The notes: a model not told the origin generated them from the letters alone. A stretch of 64,000 nt of DNA from Octopus vulgaris (GCA_951406725.2 OX597819.1:128836001-128900000); one strand, 5' to 3'. Counted from the first letter of the stretch, positions 38,417 to 52,838 are shown. Program-made: numbers and translations.

Positions 38417-41400
38417 TTATGACAGGTTAATACCTGTGATACAAAAGACCTGCCCAGTCTTGTCCCTAACATACGCTTTGTCCCACTGTTTCTGTCCTGG
38501 GGATTATATAATGTGCTCCTATGTTTTGGGTATATTTCTGCCACGAAACAGAGCATTCTTACATAGTATGTCTACCAAACGTCATGCAGTGTATATGTGG
38601 TTAAGAAACTCACTTTGCAACCACGTGGTTTCGGGTTCAGTCCTTCTACACGACACCTTCGAGGCAATCAGGCAGCAATTACTAGCAAGCCAATCTCCCA
38701 CGAAGTGGCTCTCCTTTTGTTTCGTATTTATTTGTAAGGCAATGAAATCATGAATCATTGCTGATTTCAGAAGATTCCTTTACCGGTTGTAGTTAGTATG
38801 AATAATTATTTACTAATGGTTTGTAAAATTCATCCGTTACTCGGCTTCACATCTTGACGCTTTCTGGCAGAAACGTTAGCACGCTGGGCGAAATGCTTTG
38901 TGGTATTTCGTCCGCCGCTGCGTCCTGAGTTCAAATTCCGCCAAGTCGACTTTGCCTTTCATCCTTTCGGAGTCGATAAATAAAGTACCAATTACGCACT
39001 GGAGTCGATGTAATCGGCTTAATCCCTTTGTCTGTCCTTGTTTGTTCTCTCTATGTTTAGCCCCTAGTGGGCAATAAAGAAATAAGATACCTTTAGCAAG
39101 TCCAGGATATTTTCTGTTAGGTTGCAGCTGTGAAAATTTCAAAGTTTATATTGAAAATCTTAAAATTTGGTACATTAATGTAGTTTTTCAAGCTGAATCA
39201 CAGGAGATTTGATTGATTGATTGATTCTAGTTTCTGCTCATGAGCTGTGGCCATTTTTTTTTACAAAAGTTATAGAGGTTTAGAGTTTGATATTTTTTAC
39301 CCAATCAGAAAAAAAACAGGCTTTGGAAGCTAACATTTTGTGTGTGATATGTTTTAATATGAAACAGTAAATAAATCAACTTTTGCTTTACGCACGACAT
39401 ATGATCCCCCAGGACCCTTTTTTTATTTTTTGGAATTTTCAGAAAATTTTTGCGAATTTGTATTCAACATTCAGGAATTCATACGATTATGCAAAAACAA
39501 AATAATAATAATAATAATTTTAAAAATTGGGAGGTGCATGATTTAAGGCCTATTTGGCTGTTATTTTTAGACACATCTCTCGACCAGGATGCAGGCAGCA
39601 GAACACAGCATCGATGCACATGCTTTCACGTAGAATGTATTTGTCAACATGTACTATATCGCATACAAAAGAGTTCTCATGTTTGGCTGGTTACTATGGA
39701 AACAGGCACGAATGTGTCTAAAATTGGCTAAAATTATCCAAAATTTGCAAACTTTAAAAGCGAATAACTCTGTATTTTTCTGTTTTTAGCCAGAATCTGT
39801 AGTGAAAATGCATCCTTACAATTCTGCTTAACTCATCTTAGCTTTAAGCTAAATACCCTGTTTCTGGCTATTTGCATTTCGGTTGGGGCCTTTAGGGAAA
39901 ATATTAAGCAGCTTTCTTTAAATATAAGCTTTAAGGTTGTTTTGGCTTAGGTCTGGTTATTCCAGGCGGTGCAGATCGACATCACGAAGAAAGTGAGTTG
40001 AAAGACGTACGATCCATTGACATCGGTGATATATCTAGAAAGCTAGGAGTGTAGCTCACATCTCAGCAACGAGAGGCTTCTACGCGTGCTTTTGATTTTC
40101 AAAAATTGGTAGCTAAATCTCCTTTGAAACACTATTTTCTTTAAAAAGGTAAAGCATATAGAAATGTCCAGTCCGAAAATGATTATGCTAAAAAAAAAAT
40201 AAAAAGATCACTGGATGATCACAGCCATTGGCAAGAGGAAAGAACACTCAAAAATTTTCGTTGTTGCAATATTTTTCGGTGCTAGAGGTTAATTATAGAA
40301 ATTAATTTACTGAATAGTTTGTGAACACAATAAAGATTATAATTAAAATTAGGGTCTTCTTGAATCCATTCAGTGGCAGTGAAAAGATAAAGGAAAGGCC
40401 GTAATGTGAAACGTTTATTTCTTGAACCCAAATTCAGGATATAAATAATGGAAAGTACTAGCAGATACATTGCGCATATAATATGGTAAAATAATACAAT
40501 AGTGTGACAAAAGATTCTACGTTTGTTCGTTCGACCAACGAAGAATAGCAGCCAAATGCTTCTCCAAATTACACCCTAACATCTTAAAAAAAAAACATAT
40601 TTTAGATAATATAGTCCTCTATACACAATGCCCTCTCCAACACAGAAAAGACTGAATGATCGTGTTATAATTAATGACTTTGGTAATTGGTCTGCTCTTT
40701 CAGGGCTGATCTGGGTTTTTTTTAAACAACATCGTCCTTCGAAGTATTTTAGCTAATCAACCTTATTTTCCATTGTTTGATTAATTGAATAATATCTAGT
40801 GTTTTATGGACAAGAGAGTTTGTGCTTTATTTTCTTACCGCTGGATCCATACAATATCTCATCAGCCTGTTTACGTCTACCATATTTTTTAGATTAATTG
40901 GTCGTTTTTTGTACCCTTCTTGATGAGAAGTGGCTCATAGCTCAACCTTCTTCCATTTCTTAAGGGAGAGAAACATTGTGAGTTATCTTCTACGACCCTT
41001 TCACAGCGTTGAAGATTCTGAGATAGTGAGCTGGAAAATAAATTGACCCTTATAAATTGGCTAGCACTTTATTTATCGACCCAGAAAGATAAAATATAAG
41101 GCAAGGTCGACTTCATGAGAATTTTAACTCAATACGAGAAGACTACCGTATACCGGAACACTACTGTATAAGGTTAGTCTGACGTCCTAACTATTCTGCC
41201 GATCGACCTCCTTAGAGAACTGGTATAGACGTAGAACCTATGAGGTAATGGTGTATGTAGTTTCATCCCGGTACCTGCTGAGATCAACCCCATCTTTTCA
41301 TCTGTCCAGTAGTATAATGATAATAAACATTTTGAGTTTCATTCAGAAAACTATACTATTCTCTTAATTTAAAGATTATGTATCTTCTATCTAAGGTCCA

Positions 41401-42133
41401 AATTACTATCAATAAAAGCAATCTTTATATTCAACATAACGTGGATGTCTTGTTAGAGCGCCGAATACTGCGCAGTGATCAGCGCTCTCACAAGACATCC
41501 AAATTAAATTGGATATAAAAATTGACTTTTCGTACTAATACCTATTTCTTTACTACCCACAAGGGGCTAAACACAGAGAGGACAAACAAGGACAGACAAC
41601 AGATTAAGTCGATTATATCTATTTCTTTACTGCACACAAGGGGCTAAACACAGAGAGGACAAACAAGGACAGACAAACGGATTAAGTCGATTATATCGAC
41701 CCCAGTGCGTAACTGGTACTTATTTAATCGACCTCGAAAGGATGAAAGGTAAAGTCGACCTCGGCGGAATTTGAACTCAGAACGTAACGGCAGACGAAAT
41801 ACCGCTAAGCATTTCGCCCGACGTGCTAACGATTCTGCCAGCTCGCCGCCATTTGGTACTAATATCGTTTCGTCGCTAATAGTCACAATAAATAATGTTT
41901 AATGACATTAATTTTGCCGAACATCTATGCCACCAATTCTTAACCTGGTTAATTTAGGATTCCTGTGGGAAATTTTAAGGCTGTAGCAAGGGAATTTTTT
42001 TATTTAAGTTGAAAATTCTTTATCATTATTTGCAACATTTTTGCTAGATTTATTTTCATTAATGTTGATTGTATGAATACTAGTCTTAAATTTATATAGC
42101 GTTATGGGTCTTGTCGTGTGTGTGCGCGCGCGC

Positions 42134-42168
<35 letters not shown>

Positions 42169-42798
42169 GAAGAATTGATACGGTGAGCTGGTAAAGGAGG
42201 GAGATACACGAAAATGCTTGAAAACATTTCTCAATGTAAATCTAATTAGTTCAGTTAGTAAAAACATCCAGATAATTAATTAGATTAGCTAAACAGCCTT
42301 TTAAGCATGTATTTATATCTACAGCTGTCAGGGAATTGTAGCTGAATGGTTAGCTATCTCTTAAGATCTTGAGTTTGTTTCAGTCATCACAGCTTAGACC
42401 AGGCTGGAAACATCTCACTATTATTGTATACTGAACGGGAAAATTCTAGAGGGCCGTTCAACTTGCTAGAAATAGTAACCAAATCTCTATTTAATATCTG
42501 AAGGGCCTCCTCCCCGCTGCTCATCGTCATGTGGCGAATCAAGTTATCTTACGCTCATTTTGATTTGTTAAAACGTCAACGAAATCCAGTGAAACAGTTG
42601 CTTCATTGTTCTAATATACTTTAACTCCATCCCCATCAGTCATCTCTAACACTTTGCTTATCCCTAAAATAACCCCTTTCTCGTCTAACCCCCTTCTTTC
42701 TTTTCTTGCCTCTTCACCAAGGATAACGTCTTAGTTTACATCCGTAAATGTCAAGTAGATATTCTCAAAATTTCTCAGACCCTTCCCTACTCACAATG

Positions 42799-42830
<32 letters not shown>

Positions 42831-43706
42831 TGACTGATATATATACGCAGAAGTTCCCCTTTTTTATGCCTTCAGAGATTAAACCCCACCACATATACGC
42901 ATTTTATACCGTACGTGGGAACGTCTAATCAGTCGCTCGAACGGCTAGCAACAGGAGCCAAATTCCCTTGAATTACACCCTATCGTTTTAAAGTAAGAAG
43001 GACGCATTAGACAGTGTAATCCTAGATATACGTAGAGATGGCTTGATCAAAGCAGGAATGCTTTGTGATCATACGTCTGCTCAATCCCGTTTGACCTGGG
43101 GTTCAACAACAACAATAACAATAATCCTATTTTTATTTACTGAGACCTTCAAACATCATTTCATTGGTTTAGACATATGGAAAATCTTTCAACACAAAAG
43201 AAAACCGAATGTCAAACGTAGACACTGGCAACAATCAAAATAAATTCGAAACCCGATCCCTCGGTTCTTTGACATAAGTTATGACACAGGTTTCATTTCT
43301 GTTTTTTTTTCTTTTTCATATTTCTTTAAAGTAGCTTTCAGCTTTTTCACGTTGTTTTTTTATTTCTAATTTATGCCCGATAATATATACAAACAAATAA
43401 CATGTGATTCTGTCGGCATATTTTGTCAGAGACAAAAAATTCTTCATAAAAACTTTCTTCAAAATATACATGCATAAACACACATACTTATATCTATGCA
43501 TTCCATTTCATTCCTATACATATGTACACACTCACGTACACGCATCTCTCCATCCGTCTCTCTCTCGCTCGCTTTTGCTATTGCTGGTGAAACTGTAAAT
43601 CCTTATTTTTACTAGTAAGTACAGGTATTTTATAATTGGATGTTAAATAAATATCATACCTTATTTAACATATGATATATAATGATTTATATCTTACTGT
43701 AGGATG

Positions 43707-44132
43707 GGATCTTTTCGGTTTGAACCGCATTTTATTCTAGCTGTGTCATATGAAATTGTCACCCATAATTATGACCCTAGTATCGGTCTATTGCATTTCA
43801 ATCTAATTTAGGGTTAGGGTTAGAGTTAGGGTTAGGGGTGGGGGAAGGGTATCTTTTTTCTCTTCACAAATGTAAATAAACCCAATCTATTTCTTAAACG
43901 AGGGACATATTCATACGGCACAGAATGTTTTTTACCTCAATACACGTCACTGATTGGTTGAAATTGCAGAAATTGAAGAAAAAAAGCAAATATTTTACAA
44001 ACTATAGAATTTTCTCAATAAAGCCAAGAGAAAAAGATGTTTTATAAACATATTCTACCAGTATACGAAGTTTAACATTTTTTAGTTACCTGGAAATTAT
44101 GCTAAAAACTGCTGTTCAAACCGAAAAGATCC
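43707..44132. mobile_element. Second copy of the Merlin-like MITE, inserted in an old family A SINE
   Basis: Same TIRs, 8-bp TSD GTAGGATG, internal (TTAGGG)-like run at 43748-43777. Confidence 0.9.
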
Positions 44133-44200
44133 GTAGGATGAAATGCAAAGTTGACCTCAGTTTGTTTTGAACTCAGAACGTAAAGAAAAGGAACAATGAC

Positions 44201-45644
44201 ATAACTACAGAGGTTTACCTCCTCCTGACTTTGTTTCCTCATAACTTTCTGAAAAATGGATGTTTCAGCTGGTGTAGTTACAATTAAATCGGAATTTGCG
44301 GGGGAAAACGTTTTGCGGAGGCGAAGAGAGTGGAGTTACATATAAATCACATATTCCGATTTTGTTTCCTTATAACTTTCAGAAAGACAAGTACTTCTAA
44401 TGACATTTTCTACAAATACCTTTCAGATGGTTTCAGATTACGATTATGTTGGAATTTGATGCGAAAAACATGGAACGGGGAGATATTTTATGCACCTTGA
44501 TTGTCTTCCTCTTAATATGATTGTAGATTAATTACGTTGAAAAGCAAAATAGTTTTGGGGTCTACTCCACACTTTTCCAAAAATTCTCTGAAAGAAATCT
44601 TTGTAGAAAGCTGAGTACCATGCTAATACTAATTAGTGAGTACATGTTTGATTATTTCATAGCAGTCTTAATCTCTCGCTCTTTTAAGCATGCTCAGAGG
44701 TAACTCCTCCTCTACGTCACCATTTAATATGCTAGATATAACAGCGATCACACGTGTATATTCTAAAGCCGATAGCTTACCAAACAGCCATAAGAACAAA
44801 TTCAAATCTGATTTTTGTTTTCAAATTATGTTGGTAATTTACTCTCTATTCTTTTTACTCTTTTACTTGTTTCAGTCATTTGACTGTGGCCATGCTGGAG
44901 CACTGCCTTAAGTCGAGCAAATCGATCCCCAGGACTTATTCTTTGTAAGCCTAATACTTATTCTATCGGTCTCTTGTGCCGAACCGCTAAGTTACGGTGA
45001 CGCAAACACACCACCATCGGTTGTCAAGCAATATTGGGTGGGGGGCAAACACATACATACATACATACATATATGTATACATACGACGGGCTTCTTTCAG
45101 TTTTCGTCTAGTAAAAACACTTGCCCAAGGTGCCCCGCAGTGGGACTGAACCCCGAACCATATGGTTCGTAAGCAAGCTACTTACCACAAAGCCACTCCT
45201 GCGCCAGAGAATTTCTGGAAATTTTCATATTATTAAAAATATTTAACAAATTACGGAATGGAAAGGGTAAAACAGTCCTCAAAAATAATATTTATGAACG
45301 TAATTGTAACGAAATTATTAAAACATTTGAGAAAATAAAGTTGTGCGTGAAATATTCTCTGCTCCCATCTAAATTTATTTTCTCATTAAATTCTGATAGA
45401 GTCGTTATCTACACCACTTGAAACTTATTAGTAGAAAATTTTTTTGAAAAAAGTATCCATTTTTCAGAAAAAGTTATGAGAAAACAACTATCTGAAACTC
45501 CTTCCCTACCTCCCAGAAAACACTTTCGCAACAAATTCCGAAACAATCAAAATACATACTATGTGAAACGCAAGTGTAGAACATTTCATTATTCAGAAAG
45601 TTATGAGGAAACAAAGTCGGCAAGGGTTATACTTTTGTAGTTAC
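44201..45644. mobile_element. Old foldback/long-TIR DNA element with a SINE B insertion
   Basis: Left TAACTACA...GACTTTGTTTCCTCATAACTTTCTGAA is the reverse complement of right TTCAGAAAGTTATGAGGAAACAAAGTC...TGTAGTTA. The subterminal motif repeats at ~44360 and ~45465. Confidence 0.7.
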
Positions 45645-46185
45645 GCCGGAGCAAATAATATTCTATCTATTTGTTGTCCCATTATGATGTATAATAATGT
45701 TCTATTTGATTTGTATTATAATGTAAATATTGTTAAAAATATCGCGTTCAACGGTTTTTCTTCCGAGTAGTGGTCAAAATTGTGAGCTGCAAAGGAGAGG
45801 GTATCTTGGCGAGCCTAGGATTTAAAAATATATAATCTATAGCTTTAGAAAAAAACAACCCAACTGGCGAATGGAAAACAGTTTTTTCTCAAAATAAGAG
45901 TAATAATGATTTCAAATTTTGGCACAAGGTCAGCAATTCCGAGGAAGGGGGTAAGTCGACTGCATTGACCCCAGTACTCAACTGGTACTTATTTTATCGA
46001 CCTTAAAAAGATGAAAGGCAAAGTCAACCTCGCTGAATTTGATCTCAGAACGAGAAGACGGATGAAATGCTGCTAGGCGTTGCTAACGATTCTGCCAGCT
46101 CGCTGCCTTAATAATAAGAGTAATAATAATAATACTGTATGTATGTATGTATGTATGTATGTATGTATGTCGATGTACATGTGTG

Positions 46186-46230
<45 letters not shown>

Positions 46231-47177
46231 TCAGGAACGGCCATAATAGGCCATTCACCCACTAGAAATAACAGCCAAAGCTTCAACCGCAAATAAAAAT
46301 TAATTCCGTAAACCAGGAGAAAATTTAAAAAACATTTACCCTGTAATTTCTTATACGATGCACCGTTTCATCTGCTGATTAATGGTAAACTAACCTGATT
46401 AAATTAAATCAAGCCAATCTTCCATAGGCCCTCAGATTCTTCAGTAAGAAATAGCCCAAGTCGGAACAGATATTTTCACGAGGCATTTCCGACCTTGCCA
46501 AGGTTATATCTGACCTAAAATTTTCAAATCGTCGCACTCGCGCCAAATTTATCGGCAGCAAATAAATATAAGCCGTCGATTCCATTACGGAATTAACCAG
46601 AAAATTCATAATTAATCAATATAGGGTGGCAAAAAAAAAATATATATATAAAAATATATATAAAATTTACATCTGTTTATAAATTTATATATATATGCCT
46701 TGTATGGTTTTCTTGATTTAGCTATTTAACGTATATTACATTTCCCCCCGTTTTTGCAGAAAGTGCACCAAAATATTTTTATTTGCTGTAAAGTACACTG
46801 AGGTTAAAAAAAGAAAAACTGCCTGTAAACCGATGCTCTATGAAGGCTTTTGTAATTCTGTCATATTTGGGTAGCATGGGACTTCGTGCACTCATGACAC
46901 GTATTTACGTATATAGCAAAGTATTCCCCCAACGGGATCCAAACTAAAAGCTGAAAAAAACTCTAAAGGCATATTCTATTGCATTTATTTCGGTGTTCTC
47001 TTATTTCGGTCATCTTCACCACCCCATCATCATCACCACCATCTCGCTGGTGTGGAATTCTTTGAAGTAAAATAGATGGGACATGTAGATAATGAATTCC
47101 TTCCTTGACATTAGGATGACAATTTGTCTGGTAGATATTGGGACATAGCTTGAAACGAAGGCGGTAGACGAATTATT

Positions 47178-47487
47178 TGGTCCTGTTTCAATTCAATCAG
47201 AGCGATTTCACTTAATTTACTTTCTTAATCGTCTTGAAAAAATTATGAGATGTGATTTCGAGTTCAGTTCCACTGCGTACATTTTCTTCCTTTAGAATAA
47301 AATAAGTTGTTTTAATGTAAACGCTTTCGCTATGATCAACGCATTATAATCCTTATGGATAAAATAGAAATGCCAAGTCAAATTCCTGGTCCTGTTTCAA
47401 TTCAATCAGAGCGATTTCACTTAATTTACTTTCTTAATCGTCTTGAAAAAATTATGAGATGTGATTTCGAGTTCAGTTCCACTGCGT
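47178..47487 (+). repeat. 101-bp direct duplication (47178-47278 and 47387-47487)
   Basis: Copies from TGGTCCTGTTTCAATTC to CCACTGCGT appear identical by eye. Confidence 0.93.
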
Positions 47488-47633
47488 GGCATCTTGAGCG
47501 AGGGTCTCAGGCCGACCAAAGCCTTGTGAGCGGATTTGGTCGATAGAAACTGAAAGAAACCCGTTGTGTATATCATGATAGATCGTTAGCCACTACACAC
47601 ATTTTTTCTCTCTCCTTGTTTTTTTCTGTGTCC

Positions 47634-47669
47634 CTTTCTGTAGAAGAGCGTAGGCTCGAAACGTAAAAG
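47634..47669 (+). ncRNA. Minimal hammerhead-like motif with variant core, in a ~190-bp element (47573-47765)
   Basis: CTTT-CTGTAGA-A-GAGC gtag GCTC-GAAA-CG-TA-AAAG. A6 is replaced by U. A more degenerate copy lies at ~63073-63112. Confidence 0.6.
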
Positions 47670-48020
47670 AGTTTTTCTAATCCTGAGCGTTATACTAATA
47701 CATCTGTTTGTTTTGTACTCCACCTGTCTTCGTCTTTTGTTTTTTTTTTTCGTAAACTCACCCTATATATATATATATATATAACCTTATACTTTTTGCA
47801 GTCATTAGACCGAGGCCATGCTGGGGCACCGCCTTGAGAAATTTTAGTCAAGCTAATACATCACGATACTTATTTCCTTTTTAAGCTTGGTACTTATTCT
47901 ATCGGGTTCTTTTGCCGAAATGCTAAGACACGGAGACGTAAACAAACCAACACCACATGCGCCCATGCAAACTTCTTACCACACAACCACGCCTACGCCT
48001 ATATATATATATATATATAT

Positions 48021-48095
<75 letters not shown>

Positions 48096-49790
48096 CATGC
48101 ATAAGTACTGAAGTTGATTCGTTCGATAAAATTGCTCAAGTCGGTGCGACAGCATGGCCACAGTTTAATGACTGAAGCAAATAAAAAAATAAAAATAAAA
48201 GATAACGTCACAACGTAATTTTCTTTCCTTCAAAATTTCTATCATCACATTTCTGCAACTCGGTTTCAACTCCCGGTAATCTCTTCGAAAACAAACAGGC
48301 ATGGGTTTCCTTCTATTATAGCCTGGGGCCTTCTATTATATGTGGCCTTCTATTATAGCCTGGGCCGACCAAAGCCTTGTGAATGGATTTAGTCAACGGA
48401 AACTGAAAGACGTATATACACACGCGCGAGTGAGTGTGTGTTTGTGTTTGTTCTACGACCAGCATTTGGTAATGGTTTGTATACGCCAAGCGGTTCAGCA
48501 AAAGAGACTGCTAGAATAAGAAACTTTTCAAAAATAAGTGCCGGTGTGATTTGTTCCATAAAACTCTTCACGGCGGTGCCCCAGTATGGCCGCAATTCAA
48601 CAAATGGAACACCTAAAGGATAAAAAGAATTTAGCCTCCCGCCCTCCCATTTTTTTCGTTCATTACTTTTCAAAATTTATCTTCCCTTTTTCTCTTTTCT
48701 TTATTTCTCAATATTTCTTTCTTTTTTTACCCTTTCCTTTATATTCTTTCTGCTTCCCCTTCTTTTTTTCCAATTCTTATTTAATCTCGATCCAAAGAGG
48801 CCTCCGTTTCCTCTCCCTCCCTTCTCTTTCTCCATCCTTCAACTATATTCCCACGAAAATGGGTGTGGGGTAATGTTTTTCACTGTATGAACTAGTTTAT
48901 ACTAAAACGTCCTAATTTTCCACCTCTTCCTTATTGACCTGCACGAGTTTATGCAATATAGAATTCATGCGCTGAGTTTAAAACAACAAACTAAACACAG
49001 CCAAGCCCAAGTCCAAACCTAACCCAAAACCCAAATTAAAAACCAAACAGTCATTCAATTATTTACGTATTTGAAGTCTATGCAAATGCTAAAAATTTAT
49101 CAGGGTTGTTTCAGTGAGTTTTGACAGTGATTTTTGTTCACGTCATTTAAAATCCAATGTAATGTGATACCTCATATAATGAAGGTATTGACAGAGGGAA
49201 TTAATTTTCGGTTCCCATATTTGGACCAAATATTTCTCTTAAAAATAATTACGTTTTTCTCATTCTTTTTTTTTTTTTGTTAAACTGGTAGTGTTATTTT
49301 TGTTGTTTTTATTGTTTTTGTTGCTGCAGTCATTGCTGTTTTCTTTCTTTCTTTCTTTTTGCCTCGGGATAGGATTTGATTTTCACAGACAAACATTTTT
49401 ATTTATTTTATTTATTTTTTAAGACTAGACATGTTATTTATAAATTTCATCGAACGGATTCAAATGACATAAACTTCCTTACAGAAGATATTATGTGGGT
49501 TGCTTGCACACAACAGAAAGAACCACTTAGTTGATAGACTGGCAAGCATGGATTTACCAGATGCTGTAGCTGAACATGACCTTTGCAACACCGACACAGA
49601 CTGATGAGATTAATGCGGTTGGTGATCAAGACGGTCGGTTGGCAGGATCAGGAGAGCGTTGGTAAATACCCCGCGGGTATTTGTTTCAGCTTTTCGCGTT
49701 CAGAGTTTAAAGTAACTGTCAAGTGCTAGGACCACTTTCTCTCTGCTTGTAACATACACACACGTACCCACACACATAAATATCTGTCTG

Positions 49791-49851
<61 letters not shown>

Positions 49852-50484
49852 GTGTCTATTACGTATGTATGCATGCATGCATGTATGTATGTCTCTTACT
49901 CTTTACTCTTTTACTTGTTTCAGTCATTTGACTGCGGCCATGCTGGAGCACCGCCTTTAGTCGAGCAACTCGACCCAGGGACTTATTCTTTGTAAGCCCA
50001 GTACTTATTCTATCGGTCTCTTTTGCCGAACCGCTAAGTGACGGGGACATAAACACACCAGCATCGGTTGTAAAGCAATGCTAGGACAAACACAGATACA
50101 CAAACACACACGCACACACATATATATATATATACATATATACGACAGGCTTCTTTCAGTTTCCATCTACCAAATCCACTCACAAGGCACTGGTCGGCCC
50201 AGGGCTATAGTAGAAGACACTTGCCCAAGATGCCACGCAGTGGGACTGAACCCGGAACCATGTGGTTAGTAAGCAAGCTACTTACCACACAGCCACACAT
50301 CTTTTACTTGTTTCAGTCATTTACTGTGGACAGGCTGGGGCACCGCCTTGATGTATTTTTAATCGTATGAATCGAACCCAATCCTTTTTTTTAAGCCTGG
50401 TCCTTATTCTATCGATTTGTTTTGCCGAACCGCTTGACTACAAGGACATAAATACATCAGCACCAGTTGTCAAGGGGGTGTGGG

Positions 50485-50524
<40 letters not shown>

Positions 50525-50784
50525 ATATATTCATTCTTTTACTTGTTTCAATCACTAAATTGTGACCATGCTGGGGCACCGCCTTGAATTTTTAGTCGAA
50601 TGAATCGTCCTTAGTACTTTTTTAAGAGCTGGTACTTATTCTATCGGTGTTTTTTGCCGAACCGCTTGGTTACGGAGACACAAACACACCAGTACCGGTT
50701 GTCAAGTGGTGGTGGGGGAACAAACACAGACACAAAGACACATGGATATATATATATACATACATACACACATACATACATATA

Positions 50785-52411
50785 TCTCTTATTATAAAAG
50801 GCAGATTTTATCTGCCTCCCTTTGTCTCTTATAGAAATCTACAATATAGGATTTCTTCAATTACAATTTACCTAGCATTTTTAAGAGTAGAATGCATCGG
50901 GTCTTGCCAGGTCCACTTTTTAAAATTTCAACCCCAATTAAGCAAAATTTAGAGAAAACTCACATTGTGGTGTATGAGTCAAATGCTTTTCTTAGTGTGT
51001 GATACGGCACACGCACACGCACACACACAGTGTGCAACGAATAAAGTGAAAGTAATTCACTGTGTGTGTGTTGACAGGTAGACAATAGAATGCGATGGCG
51101 ATGGCGATGTAATATTTGTTTCTGTCTATGACGCTGATAGATACATGAGTAAAATGTATGGGAAGCTAAGAGATAAGAGTGAGTGAAAATGTTCTTGGAA
51201 GAGAGTAAATAGCGAGAGAGTGATTTGAGGAAGACTTTACATTAAATAACCGTAGTGGCTTGTCACATGAAGAGGAGTGAGAGGGTACTGGAGGAAATAG
51301 GGTGAGTGAGGAAGATGGCCCCTAGCAACCACACCTTTTAAGATAGGGATTTCTAAGGTAGCCCACGAGCATCGTCACCTCATTCTACATGTCCCTGTAA
51401 ATTTTGGAGCGAATCGGACGGGATAAAGTTATCTCTAATAAACAGAAAGATCGCCCAAAAGTGTATATAGATATTTAAATGTATTTATATATTCATCTAT
51501 ACACACATGTATGTATAATGTGCGTGTATATATTTCCATAGAGGTAACCATTCAATTCATACAAAGTTTTTTAGGACGAAAATATTTATATATAAAAGAA
51601 AGGTTGTGTGTCTGTCTACTCCGATTTAGATTCCTAACTACTCCCACATTTTGCGATGCAGTTTGACCAAAACCGGGTATCTTATAGTCGTGATTCATAT
51701 TGAGCCCTTCTGAGTATTAGCGCGCGTCTACGATGAGTCTATGATTTTACAAATAATTTACCATAATTTTTTTCCATTTTAATGCATATTTTTTTTAATA
51801 AAGGGAAGTAATTCTCAAACTTCACACCAATATGCATGCTCATATGCGACGTAATATCACATCAGCAGCATTTCCTCACACCCTCCTTGCACTTGGCGAA
51901 GGCAAAATACCAGGGGATGAAAATGGTAATATTGCCATCGATTCCATTTGTAACATTGTTAAGACGCCTTCTGATCTCAGAGATGCAGTGTTCCCAGATC
52001 TACAAGCTAATTATCAGAATATGGATTGGATTGGCAAAAAGGCTATACTGGCCCCGAGGAATAAAACTGTTCACCATATTAATGATGTCTGGGGAAGTCT
52101 ATGTATATCAGTCTATCGATACAACTTCTGACCCAGAGGACGTCATCAACTATCCAATAGAGGTACTCAATTCCTTTGAGCACCCCGGACTACCACCACA
52201 CTTTCTCAAACTTAAAGTTGGTACCCCTATAATGCTCATCAGAAATTTGGTTCCCCCAAAACAATGCAATGGCACACGTTTGATCGTTAAGTCCTTATCT
52301 CCCACCGTAAACTTATATCAATATTTGCCTGAATAATCATCATAATTCAGTGCAATCATTAACAGTACTTTCAAGCAATTCAGCCCCGAGCAACGCCGGG
52401 CAATTCTGCTA

Positions 52412-52412
<1 letters not shown>
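50785..52412 (+). mobile_element. Internally deleted, composite Helitron with a PIF1-helicase remnant
   Basis: A|TC start and 3' hairpin CCCGAGCAACGCCGGG + CTAG|T. 51830-52310 encodes, with a frameshift, LLALGEG..VFPDLQANY..AILAPRNKTV..IN and YPIEVLNS..PGLPPHFLKLKVGTPIMLIRNL..CNGTRL, which are RepHel PIF1 motifs. Confidence 0.92.
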
Positions 52413-52454
<42 letters not shown>

Positions 52455-52631
52455 ACGACGTGTTCCTTTCAATTTCCGCCAACCAAATCCGCTCACAATG
52501 CTTGGGTCGGTCCGAGGCTATAACAGAAGACACGTGGTTCAGAAGCAGGCATCTTACCCCCCACACACACACACACTTATATAGGCATATAAGTGTGTGT
52601 GTGTGTGTGGGTGTGTGTTTGCGTGTGTATA

Positions 52632-52838
52632 CAGTAATCCCTTGCGTTATCACGATTGACCGATCGCGCAATCAGTACATCGCGGATTTCTCTGGCTAAT
52701 ATATGTAAATTTATATCGCGGACTCCTCAGTATATCGCGGGTTTCTGCGGCTGATAGGTATTTATATTTTTTTAGATTTTAATTATTTCTGTGAGCGGTT
52801 TTAGAGAGTAACACCCGTGATAGTCGAGGTAATTACTC
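52632..52838. mobile_element. pogo/Tigger-like MITE
   Basis: TA|CAGTAATCCCTTGCGTTATCACG ... CGTGATAGTCGAGGTAATTACTC|TA: degenerate TIRs with TA flanks. Confidence 0.65.

Noticed and set aside
51832-52336. Host PIF1 helicase gene
   Set aside because: It is frameshifted, truncated and enclosed by Helitron termini.
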